Of a stretch of 42,687 bases of DNA, positions 18,939 through 28,084 are shown piece by piece. This stretch comes from an uncultured Muribaculaceae bacterium. Lineage in GTDB: Bacteria; Bacillota_I; Bacilli_A; RF39; UBA660. A model generated the notes under the pieces. It was not told the DNA's origin. It saw only the letters and a program-made list of their open reading frames with translations, and did no database searches. The stretch lies in contig CAYTKH010000001.1 of the NCBI GenBank assembly GCA_964438315.1, forward strand, positions 1 through 42,687. The letters are read 5' to 3'. The position numbers were made by a program, and so were the translations under genes. Each line of letters opens with the position of its first letter. Position 1 is the stretch's first letter.

Positions 18939-19802
18939 TTAATTATCTCCCTTCAAAAATCTTTCATAATCTTTTTTTATTTCCTCTTCAGTCATTTCTG
19001 GCATATTTTTTTTATAAGATGCCATAACATCAGCTGGCACAAATGTTTCATTTCCACCCTTGCCTGATGCTGTTTTCATATGACTTTTGCTATTGATATT
19101 ATCAATAACAAATTGCCTGCTTTCATTTATTGTTTTAGCCTGTATTCTATTAAATGCAACAATTTTAAAAGCATCAGATAATGAATATCCTCTGTTGACT
19201 GCTTTATCCATTAATTCATCATATTCTGGAATTAATGCTAAATCATCAATTGTCTTTATAGCAGGGTCCATTTTAGAAATTATTTCAATTTCACTATTTA
19301 AAGCCTTTTCTATCTCAATATTCTTTTGAGTTTCTAAAACCTTTTTAGCTTCTAACACTGTAGGATTATTATTTATTTTTTCTTCCAAAAACTTATTGAA
19401 TGCTTCTTGGTCTACTATACCCATATTTTCCAATTGTTCTTGCTCATTTGCTTTTTCTAATTCATTCCAATCAAAAAATCCTCGTGATTTTGCGAAATTA
19501 TCTAATTTTGCTTGATGTTCCTGTTGCATTTTGTTTTTCTCTTCTTTAAGCCTTCTTGAAAATGCTTTAGTTTGAGTAATATCTTCATCATTACTCTTTT
19601 CATTTGATTCAGGTTCTGCAGTACCATCATCATTAGTATTATTGTTTTCATCAATTACTTCTACTTCACTGTTATCAGTAAAATCAACAATACCATCTTC
19701 TCCGTCAGCGACCTCGGCATCTACTTCATTATTAGTAGAATCATTATCAGCTGGGTCAGCGAATAATTGAATATTTAATTTCATTAATTCGTTTTTTTTC
19801 AT
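18939..19802 (-). CDS. Scaffolding protein
   Basis: The N-terminus MKLNIQLFA is a hallmark of Firmicutes phage head proteins. The protein is acidic and helical, and sits between the portal and capsid genes. Confidence 0.6.
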   Translation of the reverse strand: MKKNELMKLNIQLFADPADNDSTNNEVDAEVADGEDGIVDFTDNSEVEVIDENNNTNDDGTAEPESNEKSNDEDITQTKAFSRRLKEEKNKMQQEHQAKLDNFAKSRGFFDWNELEKANEQEQLENMGIVDQEAFNKFLEEKINNNPTVLEAKKVLETQKNIEIEKALNSEIEIISKMDPAIKTIDDLALIPEYDELMDKAVNRGYSLSDAFKIVAFNRIQAKTINESRQFVIDNINSKSHMKTASGKGGNETFVPADVMASYKKNMPEMTEEEIKKDYERFLKGDN

Positions 19803-19865
19803 ATTTTCCTCCTTGCTCTATTTTTAGGCGAATTTCGGTGAGCTTCCGTTTTTCAGCCATGTTAA

Positions 19866-19991
19866 TTATTTACTTTTTGTTCTCAAATCTTTACCAGTTT
19901 TTACTTTACCAGCTTTAGATTTAGGCATTTTAAATGGTGCATCTATTTTTTGAGCCCCTTGATTTGTTATCTTGCCTTCATATTTACTCAT
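19866..19991 (-). CDS. Small Lys-rich ORF (41 aa)
   Basis: Hand-translated as MSKYEGKITNQGAQKIDAPFKMPKSKAGKVKTGKDLRTKSK. SD GGAGGT lies upstream. Confidence 0.35.
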   Translation of the reverse strand: MSKYEGKITNQGAQKIDAPFKMPKSKAGKVKTGKDLRTKSK

Positions 19992-20038
19992 ATTGCTACC
20001 TCCTTTCTCATGGACTTACATGTTTTACAATGCCAATT

Positions 20039-20209
20039 TTATTTAATATTTAATACTTTATTGATATTTTTATTTCTCCTTTTTAATTCTTCTCTAGCTT
20101 TTTTTAGCCTTTCACTATTTGATAACAATTCTGAATAGTTTTCTAGAGTTCTTACATCATCCATTAATTGCCATTTTTCATCTTCTTTAGATGCCTTTAC
20201 TTTACCCAT
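20039..20209 (-). CDS. Small helical ORF (56 aa) coupled to the portal stop
   Basis: Hand-translated as MGKVKASKEDEKWQLMDDVRTLENYSELLSNSERLKKAREELKRRNKNINKVLNIK. SD GGAGGTG upstream. It overlaps the portal stop by 8 nt. Confidence 0.4.
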   Translation of the reverse strand: MGKVKASKEDEKWQLMDDVRTLENYSELLSNSERLKKAREELKRRNKNINKVLNIK

Positions 20210-22007
20210 TAATATCACCTCCCATGCTAGCCATTAATTGTTGTTTCACATTTATTTCATGTTGCCTATTAGTAAGTTGTTTTAAAGCCATTTTTGCACC
20301 TGGATAATGTAACTTATCCATGATAGTCCAAAACATTATTAATGTACTTATATCGCTAGTTGGGCCATATGCACCACTAGTAAAGTTCAATCTTGTTTCT
20401 TGCCACATACTCTCCCTGTTTTGGCTTAATGTCGCACTTACATCTGTTGAAAATATAAATTCATCATTGTAATAATAATTGCCTGAACTATCTTGTTCTA
20501 AAAAATCATATCGACTAAAAGTTCTATATACATCATCGCCATCTTCTGTTTGGGTTATATATGTTCTCGGTTCATCTGCAAATGCTAATAAAAATTTAAA
20601 CATTAATTGATATAACTTACTAAATGCAAAGTCTTTCATAGTCTTTTTACTATTTAGTCTACCTGCTGTTTGTGCAGCTGCAAACTCTTTGGCTTTTCCT
20701 GATGTTGCTGTAGGATCCTGTCTTCCTTGAAAACTATCAGTTATGCCAATTGTTTGCCTTGAATACTGGTATTCATTTTCTTGCATCACTACATCTTGGG
20801 AACTATCTGCCTGTATATTCATAACTTTGATTTTTGATAAATCTTGAGGATTATCTATATCCAATATTTTTAATTCTTCATCTGTACTTTTAAAATTTAA
20901 GTCTTTAGGTTTTACAACAATAGAACCACCTTTTAATGTTTTTTCTTTTATTTTAGTGTTATATATAGCAATTTCATTCTGCAAATCCTTTATATAAGTA
21001 ACATCACTACTACCCAAAAATTTGTTTAGCTTTGATACATTTTTTCTTACTATTAATGGATATTGGTTTAATTCGTAGTAAGGTATTTCTAGTTCTACTA
21101 TTTCTTCACTTTGTACAGTTGTTGGCATTCCTGTATTAGGGTCTAGTATCGTTTTAGTTGTCATTTGTGGAAATTTTACAACTTCAGTTTTTCTTTTTAC
21201 CAGCTTAAATTGCTTTGAGCTACAACGGTGACACTTATCTATACCATTTTTTCTAATTTCACCACATTTTGAACATACTTCCTGCTTTCTTTCAAAGTAA
21301 TTGTCATAGTCTTGAACAATTGTATCTCCTACCCATGAAAATAATCCTATTCCTCCATTTTCATTACGATAAAGTGCAAACACATGTGTTCTTACTTCAT
21401 CATTAGTCTTTTCTGTATCAGATTCATTTCCGTCATCATCTTCTACATCTATACCATACTTTTGTTTTATTTTTTGTTTTGACTGTTCAAATGTTAAAAA
21501 TATATAATCCATATCCTCAAGTTTATATACCCCATCTTGTGGTATTACCTGTTTAGAATCTAATACTTGAAGTGTAATATCACCTATCGAAGAACTTGTT
21601 TTAATGCTATTATCCCATTCTAAATAAAATATAGCACCACCTGATACCGGAGTTATTCTCTCCTGAATATCATTAATTTCTTCGGTATCAAGTCTATCTA
21701 TTTCGCTTTTTAAAACATCTTCTATTTTTTGTGATAATTCATCTTTGTTTGCTTTTCTACTTGTTACTTTAGGCAAAGGTATATTACTATCTACCTGTGA
21801 TTCTGTTAATTCAAAACATACTTTTCTAATTATCTTACCTTGCTTTTTAGATATTTCATCAGTATTTATGTTTTTTAATTCTCTTGTTCCCTCATAAGAA
21901 TTTTCATTGTCAACAATTTCCTTAATTTCATTTTCATAAGAAGCTTTTGATTTATGAAACTTTTCTTGCCAATACTGTAATTTTGATTTATTGCTTTGGT
22001 TTTCCAT
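20202..22007 (-). CDS. Portal protein, with an inserted CxxC...CxxC zinc-ribbon-like segment
   Basis: 601 aa, immediately after terL with a 20-nt overlap. Contains CSKCGEIRKNGIDKCHRC at aa 245-262. Confidence 0.7.
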   Translation of the reverse strand: MENQSNKSKLQYWQEKFHKSKASYENEIKEIVDNENSYEGTRELKNINTDEISKKQGKIIRKVCFELTESQVDSNIPLPKVTSRKANKDELSQKIEDVLKSEIDRLDTEEINDIQERITPVSGGAIFYLEWDNSIKTSSSIGDITLQVLDSKQVIPQDGVYKLEDMDYIFLTFEQSKQKIKQKYGIDVEDDDGNESDTEKTNDEVRTHVFALYRNENGGIGLFSWVGDTIVQDYDNYFERKQEVCSKCGEIRKNGIDKCHRCSSKQFKLVKRKTEVVKFPQMTTKTILDPNTGMPTTVQSEEIVELEIPYYELNQYPLIVRKNVSKLNKFLGSSDVTYIKDLQNEIAIYNTKIKEKTLKGGSIVVKPKDLNFKSTDEELKILDIDNPQDLSKIKVMNIQADSSQDVVMQENEYQYSRQTIGITDSFQGRQDPTATSGKAKEFAAAQTAGRLNSKKTMKDFAFSKLYQLMFKFLLAFADEPRTYITQTEDGDDVYRTFSRYDFLEQDSSGNYYYNDEFIFSTDVSATLSQNRESMWQETRLNFTSGAYGPTSDISTLIMFWTIMDKLHYPGAKMALKQLTNRQHEINVKQQLMASMGGDING

Positions 22008-23652
22008 ATAATTCCTCCATCTTCTTTTTTAGTTTTTTATCAGCCTTGTAGTAATCTTCAAGCATATCTTTAGTCCACTTAATATTCTTATCTGTATATT
22101 CCTCTGTTGGTTCAGTATTTTGCTCATCTGATATGCTATAAGCAATACCCAATGCCATAGTATGGTCATCATGATAGCCTTTTTGTGCCTCTGGTTTGCC
22201 TTTTTCATTTTTTATAATTGTTATCATTTCAGTTAATGTATTAATATCATTTATTTTATCTATATTATCTCTTACCATTTTAACTAGTATCGCAAATAAA
22301 TTTGGTCTTGTTTTCTTTGTTGTTAAGAAACCATACGACTTTGTTAAATTACCTGTATACCTATCTGGTGCTTCTTTTCTTATGTATTGATTTGGATAGT
22401 TTAGTTCACCTAATTTCATAACTGGATAAGTACTAAAATTAGTTTCGATACCCATTAAGGCTTTATTGTAATACATACCTAAGCAATACATTTGAAATGT
22501 ATATATGTCTTCTGCAAGTTCTTGCTCTAATATTGCTACTTGATTATCGTTTGTATTATCTATAACCTGTCCTATGTACATATCACTACCTTCACCTGCT
22601 GTATCCCCTCCTATAACATATGGATAGCCTTTTTTCGGTTCTTCATAAATTGTTATATAACCATTACTATCATCTAACCATTCGATATTGCTAATTGTTT
22701 CATCCTGATATGTATATAAAAAGGAACCTTTTTTTATTGGTTTCTTGTCTTGTAATTCTGCTATTCTATTAGCGATGATTTCCTTGTTAAAAACACTAGC
22801 ACCTGTACTTAAAAATGCTTCAAAAGGATTAATTGGATATTCTTGTTTAAATAAATCAACATCACCACCACAGTTATTTTTAAGACACCATCTTCGCCAT
22901 GTTATTTGTTCTAATGACAAATTATATTTATTTTTGATTTCTTGCTCTTCTTCTGTAAGTTCAAAGTCCGTATATGGCATTTTATATTCATCTAGTTCAT
23001 TCCAACCTACAAATAATGGGATAAAATCATTTTCTTTCTTTACTGCCTTATCCCATATCTCTTTAAAATATTCATATCCGTTTGCTGTTGATTCTATTAT
23101 AACCATTGTATTTGGTAAATTTGGTACTGCTTGAAGTAAACCATTTAATGTGGCTTTTTTATCGCCAGGCCAAAAAGCAAACTCAGATATATGCAAATTA
23201 TTAAGTGTATCAGAACGTCCTGTGCCTTTACTACCTGCTGTCATACACTTTATTTTACTTTTTAGTCCTGTGCCTTTTTCATTATCAAACACCAATTCTT
23301 TAGCATTACTATTTTTAAGTGATGGTTTCATCTCTAGTGGTAAAAAGTCATACATTCTTTTACTTATATTGAACAAATTATTTGTTGCCTCATCTTTATG
23401 GGTTATTATACCTGTATTGACATTAAATTTTGTAGCTGTTTCTTTAAAAAATATTGATTCTGTTAATGTACTAAAACCCATTTGTCTTGCTTTTAATATT
23501 ATAATTCTTATAGGCTTGTTTTCTTGCTTTAAGTTTTTAATAATATTATACAATTTTAATTGTGGTTCATTTAAAACAAAATTTACTACGTCTCCTGCTT
23601 TATTTCTTATTTTGATGTACTTTTCAATGTATTTTTTTGTATTAATACTCAT
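21988..23652 (-). CDS. terL: Terminase large subunit
   Basis: About 554 aa. It follows the small subunit and precedes the portal. It has an ATPase region (ILKARQMGFST) and a C-terminal nuclease-like region with acidic residues. Confidence 0.75.
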   Translation of the reverse strand: MSINTKKYIEKYIKIRNKAGDVVNFVLNEPQLKLYNIIKNLKQENKPIRIIILKARQMGFSTLTESIFFKETATKFNVNTGIITHKDEATNNLFNISKRMYDFLPLEMKPSLKNSNAKELVFDNEKGTGLKSKIKCMTAGSKGTGRSDTLNNLHISEFAFWPGDKKATLNGLLQAVPNLPNTMVIIESTANGYEYFKEIWDKAVKKENDFIPLFVGWNELDEYKMPYTDFELTEEEQEIKNKYNLSLEQITWRRWCLKNNCGGDVDLFKQEYPINPFEAFLSTGASVFNKEIIANRIAELQDKKPIKKGSFLYTYQDETISNIEWLDDSNGYITIYEEPKKGYPYVIGGDTAGEGSDMYIGQVIDNTNDNQVAILEQELAEDIYTFQMYCLGMYYNKALMGIETNFSTYPVMKLGELNYPNQYIRKEAPDRYTGNLTKSYGFLTTKKTRPNLFAILVKMVRDNIDKINDINTLTEMITIIKNEKGKPEAQKGYHDDHTMALGIAYSISDEQNTEPTEEYTDKNIKWTKDMLEDYYKADKKLKKKMEELYGKPKQ

Positions 23653-24049
23653 CCTTATCACTTACTTTTTTTATAGCTTCTTCATAAGCTAGTTGGCCAG
23701 TTATTTCGACATTTTCTTTTGGTTTTTCACCTAAAGTATCACGTATTGTATTAAATGCACTCACTGCGTTTTTACCACCATTTAATGAAGCTAAAAATAG
23801 AGCAAAAGCCATAGCTGTTTGATTATCTATTTCATTTTCTTCTATTCCTAAATTTTTAATTTTAGTTACTAGTGATTTATATGATTTTCCTTTAATATTA
23901 AATGGTTTAGATAACAAGATATCTAATGTGTTTTTTAGATCTCTTTTTCTTCTTCGAGCTTCTCCACTTGCTTTACCTGCTTTTTGGGCTAAAACTTTTC
24001 GTTCAGCCTCTGTTCGTTCATTTAATGGTATTAAATTTTCTTTTGACAT
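23642..24049 (-). CDS. terS: Terminase small subunit
   Basis: 135 aa with the basic N-terminal segment KAGKASGEARRRKRDLK. It overlaps the terL start. ATG at 24049 follows SD AAGGTGGTG. Confidence 0.5.
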   Translation of the reverse strand: MSKENLIPLNERTEAERKVLAQKAGKASGEARRRKRDLKNTLDILLSKPFNIKGKSYKSLVTKIKNLGIEENEIDNQTAMAFALFLASLNGGKNAVSAFNTIRDTLGEKPKENVEITGQLAYEEAIKKVSDKDEY

Positions 24050-24069
24050 GATTTTCACCACCTTTCATA

Positions 24070-24093
24070 CAAAAAAGAACCTTAAAGTTCTTT
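24070..24093 (-). terminator. Hairpin plus U-run between the late regulator and terS
   Basis: Minus-strand RNA AAAGAAC-uuuaag-GUUCUUU followed by UUUG, about 20 nt before the terS SD. Confidence 0.45.
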
Positions 24094-24143
24094 ATAATTA
24101 ACTCATTTGCGAGTTTTTCACAATACCATAATACATCATTAAA

Positions 24144-24160
24144 TGGTGCATAGTGGTGCA
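24144..24160. repeat. Direct heptamer repeat TGGTGCA-tag-TGGTGCA upstream of the packaging genes
   Basis: Read directly. The spacing is 10 bp, and it lies in the 105-bp gap between the late-regulator gene and terS. Confidence 0.5.
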
Positions 24161-24166
24161 AACATA

Positions 24167-24580
24167 TTATTTTTTACTTTCTATTTTATCTATAATCCTT
24201 TTTATTGACCATCTACTAATTCCACCATGTCTAGCTGATATCTTAGCATTACTCCAATGAAATAACTTTTTTTCCACATATATTTTTTTATCATAATCGT
24301 TGTGCCTTTTATAATTATTATATTTTTCTTTAGTGAGTGAATTAAGATTTTTTAATTTATTTATTGCCTCATCTAAATAAATGCCCGTCTGCGTATATTC
24401 ATTTAATGCTGCTTGTTTTGTATTTGATGAAGAACATCCACTGACTTTCATATCATCGATAACTGAAGCTTTTAATCCTACTTTAGATTCTAATCTTTTT
24501 CTTTCTTTTGTGTAATATTTAATATCGGCAATTGTATCATTTTTTTCTTCATTTAATTCAAATAAATTCATCTCATTCAC
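24167..24580 (-). CDS. Putative late-gene transcriptional activator (sigma region-4-like HTH; ArpU/RinA positional class)
   Basis: 137 aa. The C-terminal segment WSNAKISARHGGISRWSIKRIIDKI looks like an HTH. The gene lies directly upstream of terS. Confidence 0.4.
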   Translation of the reverse strand: MNEMNLFELNEEKNDTIADIKYYTKERKRLESKVGLKASVIDDMKVSGCSSSNTKQAALNEYTQTGIYLDEAINKLKNLNSLTKEKYNNYKRHNDYDKKIYVEKKLFHWSNAKISARHGGISRWSIKRIIDKIESKK

Positions 24581-24586
24581 CCTTTC

Positions 24587-24790
24587 TTATTCAAAAATTT
24601 CTTCCGAAATAGTATATTTTTTGTTTCTAAGTTCTTGAAGTTGATATTTATCAAATGTTTCTTTATATAATTTTTCTTCTTTTCCATTTATCACTTTATA
24701 AACCTGATATAAACTGAAATTTTTATATTCTTTTATTTTTTGAATTTTCAATTTAAAATATTCACCATCAATAGTCTTTAATACGTCCAC
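24587..24790 (-). CDS. Hypothetical protein
   Basis: ORF with SD GAGGTG 6 nt before the GTG at 24790. The track start at 24799 lies inside the SD. Confidence 0.35.
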   Translation of the reverse strand: MDVLKTIDGEYFKLKIQKIKEYKNFSLYQVYKVINGKEEKLYKETFDKYQLQELRNKKYTISEEIFE

Positions 24791-24972
24791 TTCTAACACC
24801 TCTTTTTTTAATTTTTTTATGCAAGATAACCTTTATATTATATTGCACGACTTTTTTTCTTTTTTTGCCTTATAAATAAATGCTAAAACACTATTTTTTT
24901 ACTCATGATACTTTTTATGTTTTTTTTACAACTTTTTTATGCTATAATTACCTCCTAAAGAGAGGTGGTATT

Positions 24973-25122
24973 TTGAATAAAAATATTGAACAAATGTCAT
25001 CTGATTTAACTGATAAAATTTTAGGTTTGCTTATGAAGAAAAGTATTAATGAAGCAACTTATAATATTTATAAAACTAAAGTTTATCAATTAATTTTAGA
25101 GTATTTAAAGTCTAATTCTTAA
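24973..25122 (+). CDS. Small plus-strand ORF (49 aa) with its own extended -10 promoter
   Basis: TGcTATAAT at 24940-24948. SD GAGAGGTGG, then TTG at 24973. It has the opposite orientation to all flanking phage genes. Confidence 0.35.
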   Translation: MNKNIEQMSSDLTDKILGLLMKKSINEATYNIYKTKVYQLILEYLKSNS

Positions 25123-25282
25123 TATATTCTTCCAATATAGGTACTTCATTCAATATTAAATTTATCGCTTTAAGTACTTCTTTTTTTAATTCAAATTCTC
25201 GCTCTTGTGATCGTAACTTATTAATACTATATCTTAAAATTCCTAAATATTTTAATAAATTTCCGTATTCTTCTTTTGTCAT
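25112..25282 (-). CDS. Small ORF (56 aa) downstream of the tyrosine recombinase
   Basis: Hand-translated as MTKEEYGNLLKYLGILRYSINKLRSQEREFELKKEVLKAINLILNEVPILEEYIKN. SD AGGAGGT upstream. The start is 10 nt after the recombinase stop. Confidence 0.45.
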   Translation of the reverse strand: MTKEEYGNLLKYLGILRYSINKLRSQEREFELKKEVLKAINLILNEVPILEEYIKN

Positions 25283-25292
25283 TAATTACCTC

Positions 25293-26144
25293 CTAATACT
25301 TTATTTTTTCTATTTTTTCTTTCTTTTCTCGACTTGATGTTTGTGTGTATATTGCTGTTGTTTTTATATCTGCATGTCCTAAAATATCCTGTAACTCATC
25401 TAAATCTATTCCTATCTCTTTTGCTTTTTTTGCAAATAAATGTCTCCATGCATGTGGATGTATTTTATCTGGATTAATTTTTGCTGATTTAGCGATTTTT
25501 TTAAGTTTTCTCCAAATTGTACTATTATCCCACATAGCACCTTTTTTAGCCTTTGGTGAATTACTAATAAATATATATCCAGTTTCTATTTTTTTTCTTT
25601 TACAATAGTCTTTTAAGTCTCTTTTTAAATCATTTCTTAAAATAATAGTTCTTTCTTTACCCTTATTGAATACTTTTCTTATATAATTACTATCTAAATT
25701 TTCTACTGTAAAAAACCTTAATTCATCTACTCTACAGCCAGTATAAGCAAATATTTCTAATATAAAGTACATATCTTCCATATCTAATTTTTTAGCCCAT
25801 CTAAGCATCCTTTTATGCTCTTGTTCCCATATAGGATCATCGATAGATGTTTTTCTTTGTGTTTTAAATTTTTTCAAAATACACTCATTAAATCCATAAT
25901 ATTTTAAAAATTTATTTATTATAACAATATATTTATTTCTTGAATTTAGTGCATAATTTTCTTTTAAATAATCTTTATAATCTATCATAAGATTTTTATC
26001 AATATTAAAAGAAGAATCCTTTATCCATTCTATGAACAAATTTACTCCATGTCGATATTCAATAATTGTTTTTTTTGAATATTCATCTAATCTCTGTTGT
26101 ATTATCCATTCATCTAATTTCTTTTTGATTTCTTCTTTTGTCAT
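25293..26144 (-). CDS. Tyrosine site-specific recombinase (XerC/D / phage integrase family)
   Basis: N-terminal SAM-like core-binding domain. Catalytic signature AYTGCRVDEL (R), HPHAWRH (H-x-x-R), LGHADIKTTAIYTQ (H..Y). Confidence 0.85.
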   Translation of the reverse strand: MTKEEIKKKLDEWIIQQRLDEYSKKTIIEYRHGVNLFIEWIKDSSFNIDKNLMIDYKDYLKENYALNSRNKYIVIINKFLKYYGFNECILKKFKTQRKTSIDDPIWEQEHKRMLRWAKKLDMEDMYFILEIFAYTGCRVDELRFFTVENLDSNYIRKVFNKGKERTIILRNDLKRDLKDYCKRKKIETGYIFISNSPKAKKGAMWDNSTIWRKLKKIAKSAKINPDKIHPHAWRHLFAKKAKEIGIDLDELQDILGHADIKTTAIYTQTSSREKKEKIEKIKY

Positions 26145-26159
26145 TATTTCACCTTCTTT

Positions 26160-26492
26160 TTAATAGCTATATTTTTTATATACTAAGTCTTTTTCATTCC
26201 AGTTTTTATATTTGCTTTTTAGGTAATGTTTAATTTTATTTCCTATTTCTTTACGTTCTTTTTGGGTTCCAAAATCATACTTTCTATGACATTTATTTTC
26301 TGTTAATTCTGTACACATTGTAACAACATTCTCTTCTATTCCTAAACCACCTTTAGATCGTGGTATATAATGTGCATTAGGCATAACATTATATGTATTG
26401 CCACATACTACACACATATGACAATCTCTTTCAAAAACCTTATTTTTAACTGCTGTATTTATATCTGTAGCTTTACTTCTTTTTGTTTTCAT
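26160..26492 (-). CDS. HNH endonuclease family protein
   Basis: CVVCGN...AHYIPRSKGGLGIEENVVTMC...CHRKYD has the Cys-pair plus H-N-H spacing. Confidence 0.55.
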   Translation of the reverse strand: MKTKRSKATDINTAVKNKVFERDCHMCVVCGNTYNVMPNAHYIPRSKGGLGIEENVVTMCTELTENKCHRKYDFGTQKERKEIGNKIKHYLKSKYKNWNEKDLVYKKYSY

Positions 26493-26536
26493 TTTATCAC
26501 TCCTTTATGATAATTTCTCTAGATAGCGAGGTGTTT

Positions 26537-26701
26537 ATGAAACTAACTAATGAACTAATTAATATTTTTATTAATGATACAACCAATAGAATCGTTACTA
26601 TGCTTTTTGCTACCAACAAACATTTTTCAACACCTATTATTGTTTGCAAAAAATATATACGAAAAATTTTGGAAGAAGAATTAACTAAAATATCAAGTTA
26701 A
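26537..26701 (+). CDS. Small plus-strand ORF (54 aa)
   Basis: SD GAGGTG 4 nt before the ATG at 26537. It is embedded between minus-strand genes. Confidence 0.3.
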   Translation: MKLTNELINIFINDTTNRIVTMLFATNKHFSTPIIVCKKYIRKILEEELTKISS

Positions 26702-26974
26702 TTCTTTTATTATTTCTATATGCTTATTTTTAATATCATTAATACTTTCTATTGCTTTATCATATATTTTGTTAATTTTATCGATATTTGTAGTTTTTAT
26801 ATCGTAGATAAAGCAATGTACATCAGCACCCTCTATTTCAATATTTTTATTTATTTCTACTTCTATCAGACTCATATCATTTTTATATGAATATACATTA
26901 GTTTTTAAATTTGTATATTCTTGAAGTACTAATTTTAAAATTTTATCTTTACCATTTGTTTTTTCTTTTAACAT
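26693..26974 (-). CDS. Hypothetical early protein
   Basis: 93-aa ORF with SD GAGGTGA upstream. Confidence 0.4.
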   Translation of the reverse strand: MLKEKTNGKDKILKLVLQEYTNLKTNVYSYKNDMSLIEVEINKNIEIEGADVHCFIYDIKTTNIDKINKIYDKAIESINDIKNKHIEIIKELT

Positions 26975-27015
26975 TATTTCACCTCAGATTTATTAGTATT
27001 GTTTTCTTTTCTTCG

Positions 27016-27192
27016 TTAGTCATTGTTAGTTGCCTCACAATAAACTTTATCTTCGATTGTTATACAATTATTAGTTACAACTTTTAATTTATCGTTTATT
27101 TCTGTTATGTATACTGAATCTACAATTAAAATTATTAACATAATACCTATTAAAATCATAATTGTAATTACTATTGAATCATTTTCAATCAT
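27016..27192 (-). CDS. Small single-TM membrane protein (58 aa)
   Basis: Hand-translated as MIENDSIVITIMILIGIMLIILIVDSVYITEINDKLKVVTNNCITIEDKVYCEATNND. ATGA overlap with the ASCH gene stop. Confidence 0.4.
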   Translation of the reverse strand: MIENDSIVITIMILIGIMLIILIVDSVYITEINDKLKVVTNNCITIEDKVYCEATNND

Positions 27193-27521
27193 TGTTTCAC
27201 TTCCTCTACATTTAATATTTTCAAAATATAGTATTCTTTGTTAGGCTCTGCTCCCCAAATTTTAAAACCTGTACCTATTGTTATATCAACCATGCACTGT
27301 ATTTTTGGACTATTTTTACCATATCCATTTTTAAATATAACTGTTTTAGTAAAACTACAACGTCCTTGTTTCATACTATTAATTATTGCTTCTTGCTTAA
27401 ACTCGATATCAGTTTTTAAAAATCTTTTAGTCCAATAAGGTTTAATTTCCCTATATTCTTCTTTCTTTTCGCCTGACTTTATCATTTCAAACCATTTCTT
27501 TTTTATTGGTAATGTTAGCAT
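27189..27521 (-). CDS. ASCH domain protein
   Basis: MLTLPIKKKWFEMIKSGEKKEEYREIKPYW matches the ASCH/PUA-like N-terminal signature. Confidence 0.6.
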   Translation of the reverse strand: MLTLPIKKKWFEMIKSGEKKEEYREIKPYWTKRFLKTDIEFKQEAIINSMKQGRCSFTKTVIFKNGYGKNSPKIQCMVDITIGTGFKIWGAEPNKEYYILKILNVEEVKQ

Positions 27522-28072
27522 TTGTTCTCCTCTTCTAAAGTTTCTAATAATTCCTGGTATTTTTCAACTTGTTTATATGTACATTCTTGAATATCTTTTG
27601 CAATAAATTCTTTTACTTTGTTGATAATGTCATCTCTTTGTTTAAGTTGATATTCAAGCTGTTCAGTATACTCGTTTAATTCTTCGTCAGGTATATAAAA
27701 ATCTTTTTCCTCTTCGTCATCAAGTAAAAATAGTTCGTTATTATGTCTATTAATATATACTTTTCTTTCTTCATCGAAATCTACATAGCCTATTTTTCTC
27801 AAATACCTTAAAGCAAGTTCAGGATCATCACCAAATGCAATCCAATTTAATTTTTGTTTTAATTCTTCGTTTTGTGATTTTAGTTGTTGATTTTCATTAT
27901 GTTGTTCATCAAACGTTTTCTTTAAATTTATATAAGCCAATTGTTCTTTTGTTAGATTGCCTTGCAATTCATCTACATAATCTTGTATCATTAACCAGTC
28001 TTCATATTCTGCTGTATTGTCTAATTTTTCTGTGATATGTCTTGCTAATTGTAAATATTCTGCTTCACTCAT
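27515..28072 (-). CDS. Hypothetical coiled-coil early protein
   Basis: ORF in a tight same-strand array. ATG at 28072 lies behind a purine-rich SD. Confidence 0.4.
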   Translation of the reverse strand: MSEAEYLQLARHITEKLDNTAEYEDWLMIQDYVDELQGNLTKEQLAYINLKKTFDEQHNENQQLKSQNEELKQKLNWIAFGDDPELALRYLRKIGYVDFDEERKVYINRHNNELFLLDDEEEKDFYIPDEELNEYTEQLEYQLKQRDDIINKVKEFIAKDIQECTYKQVEKYQELLETLEEENKC

Positions 28073-28084
28073 ACTTCTCACTTT

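Noticed and set aside
22745-23692. Long plus-strand ORFs antisense to terL (22745..23134 and 23150..23692). Similar shadow ORFs occur at 371..601, 1158..1400, 1417..1680, 2294..2500, 10724..10939, 15341..15625, 19087..19329, 19950..20138, 22196..22390, 25345..25608, 27238..27438, 27835..28035, 31844..32086, 34473..34655, 36830..37018, 37720..38022 and 39131..39397.
   Set aside because: They lie entirely inside well-supported genes on the other strand. Their products are low-complexity and Leu/Phe/Ile/Ser-rich, as expected from reverse-reading AT-rich coding DNA, and they lack SD sequences.
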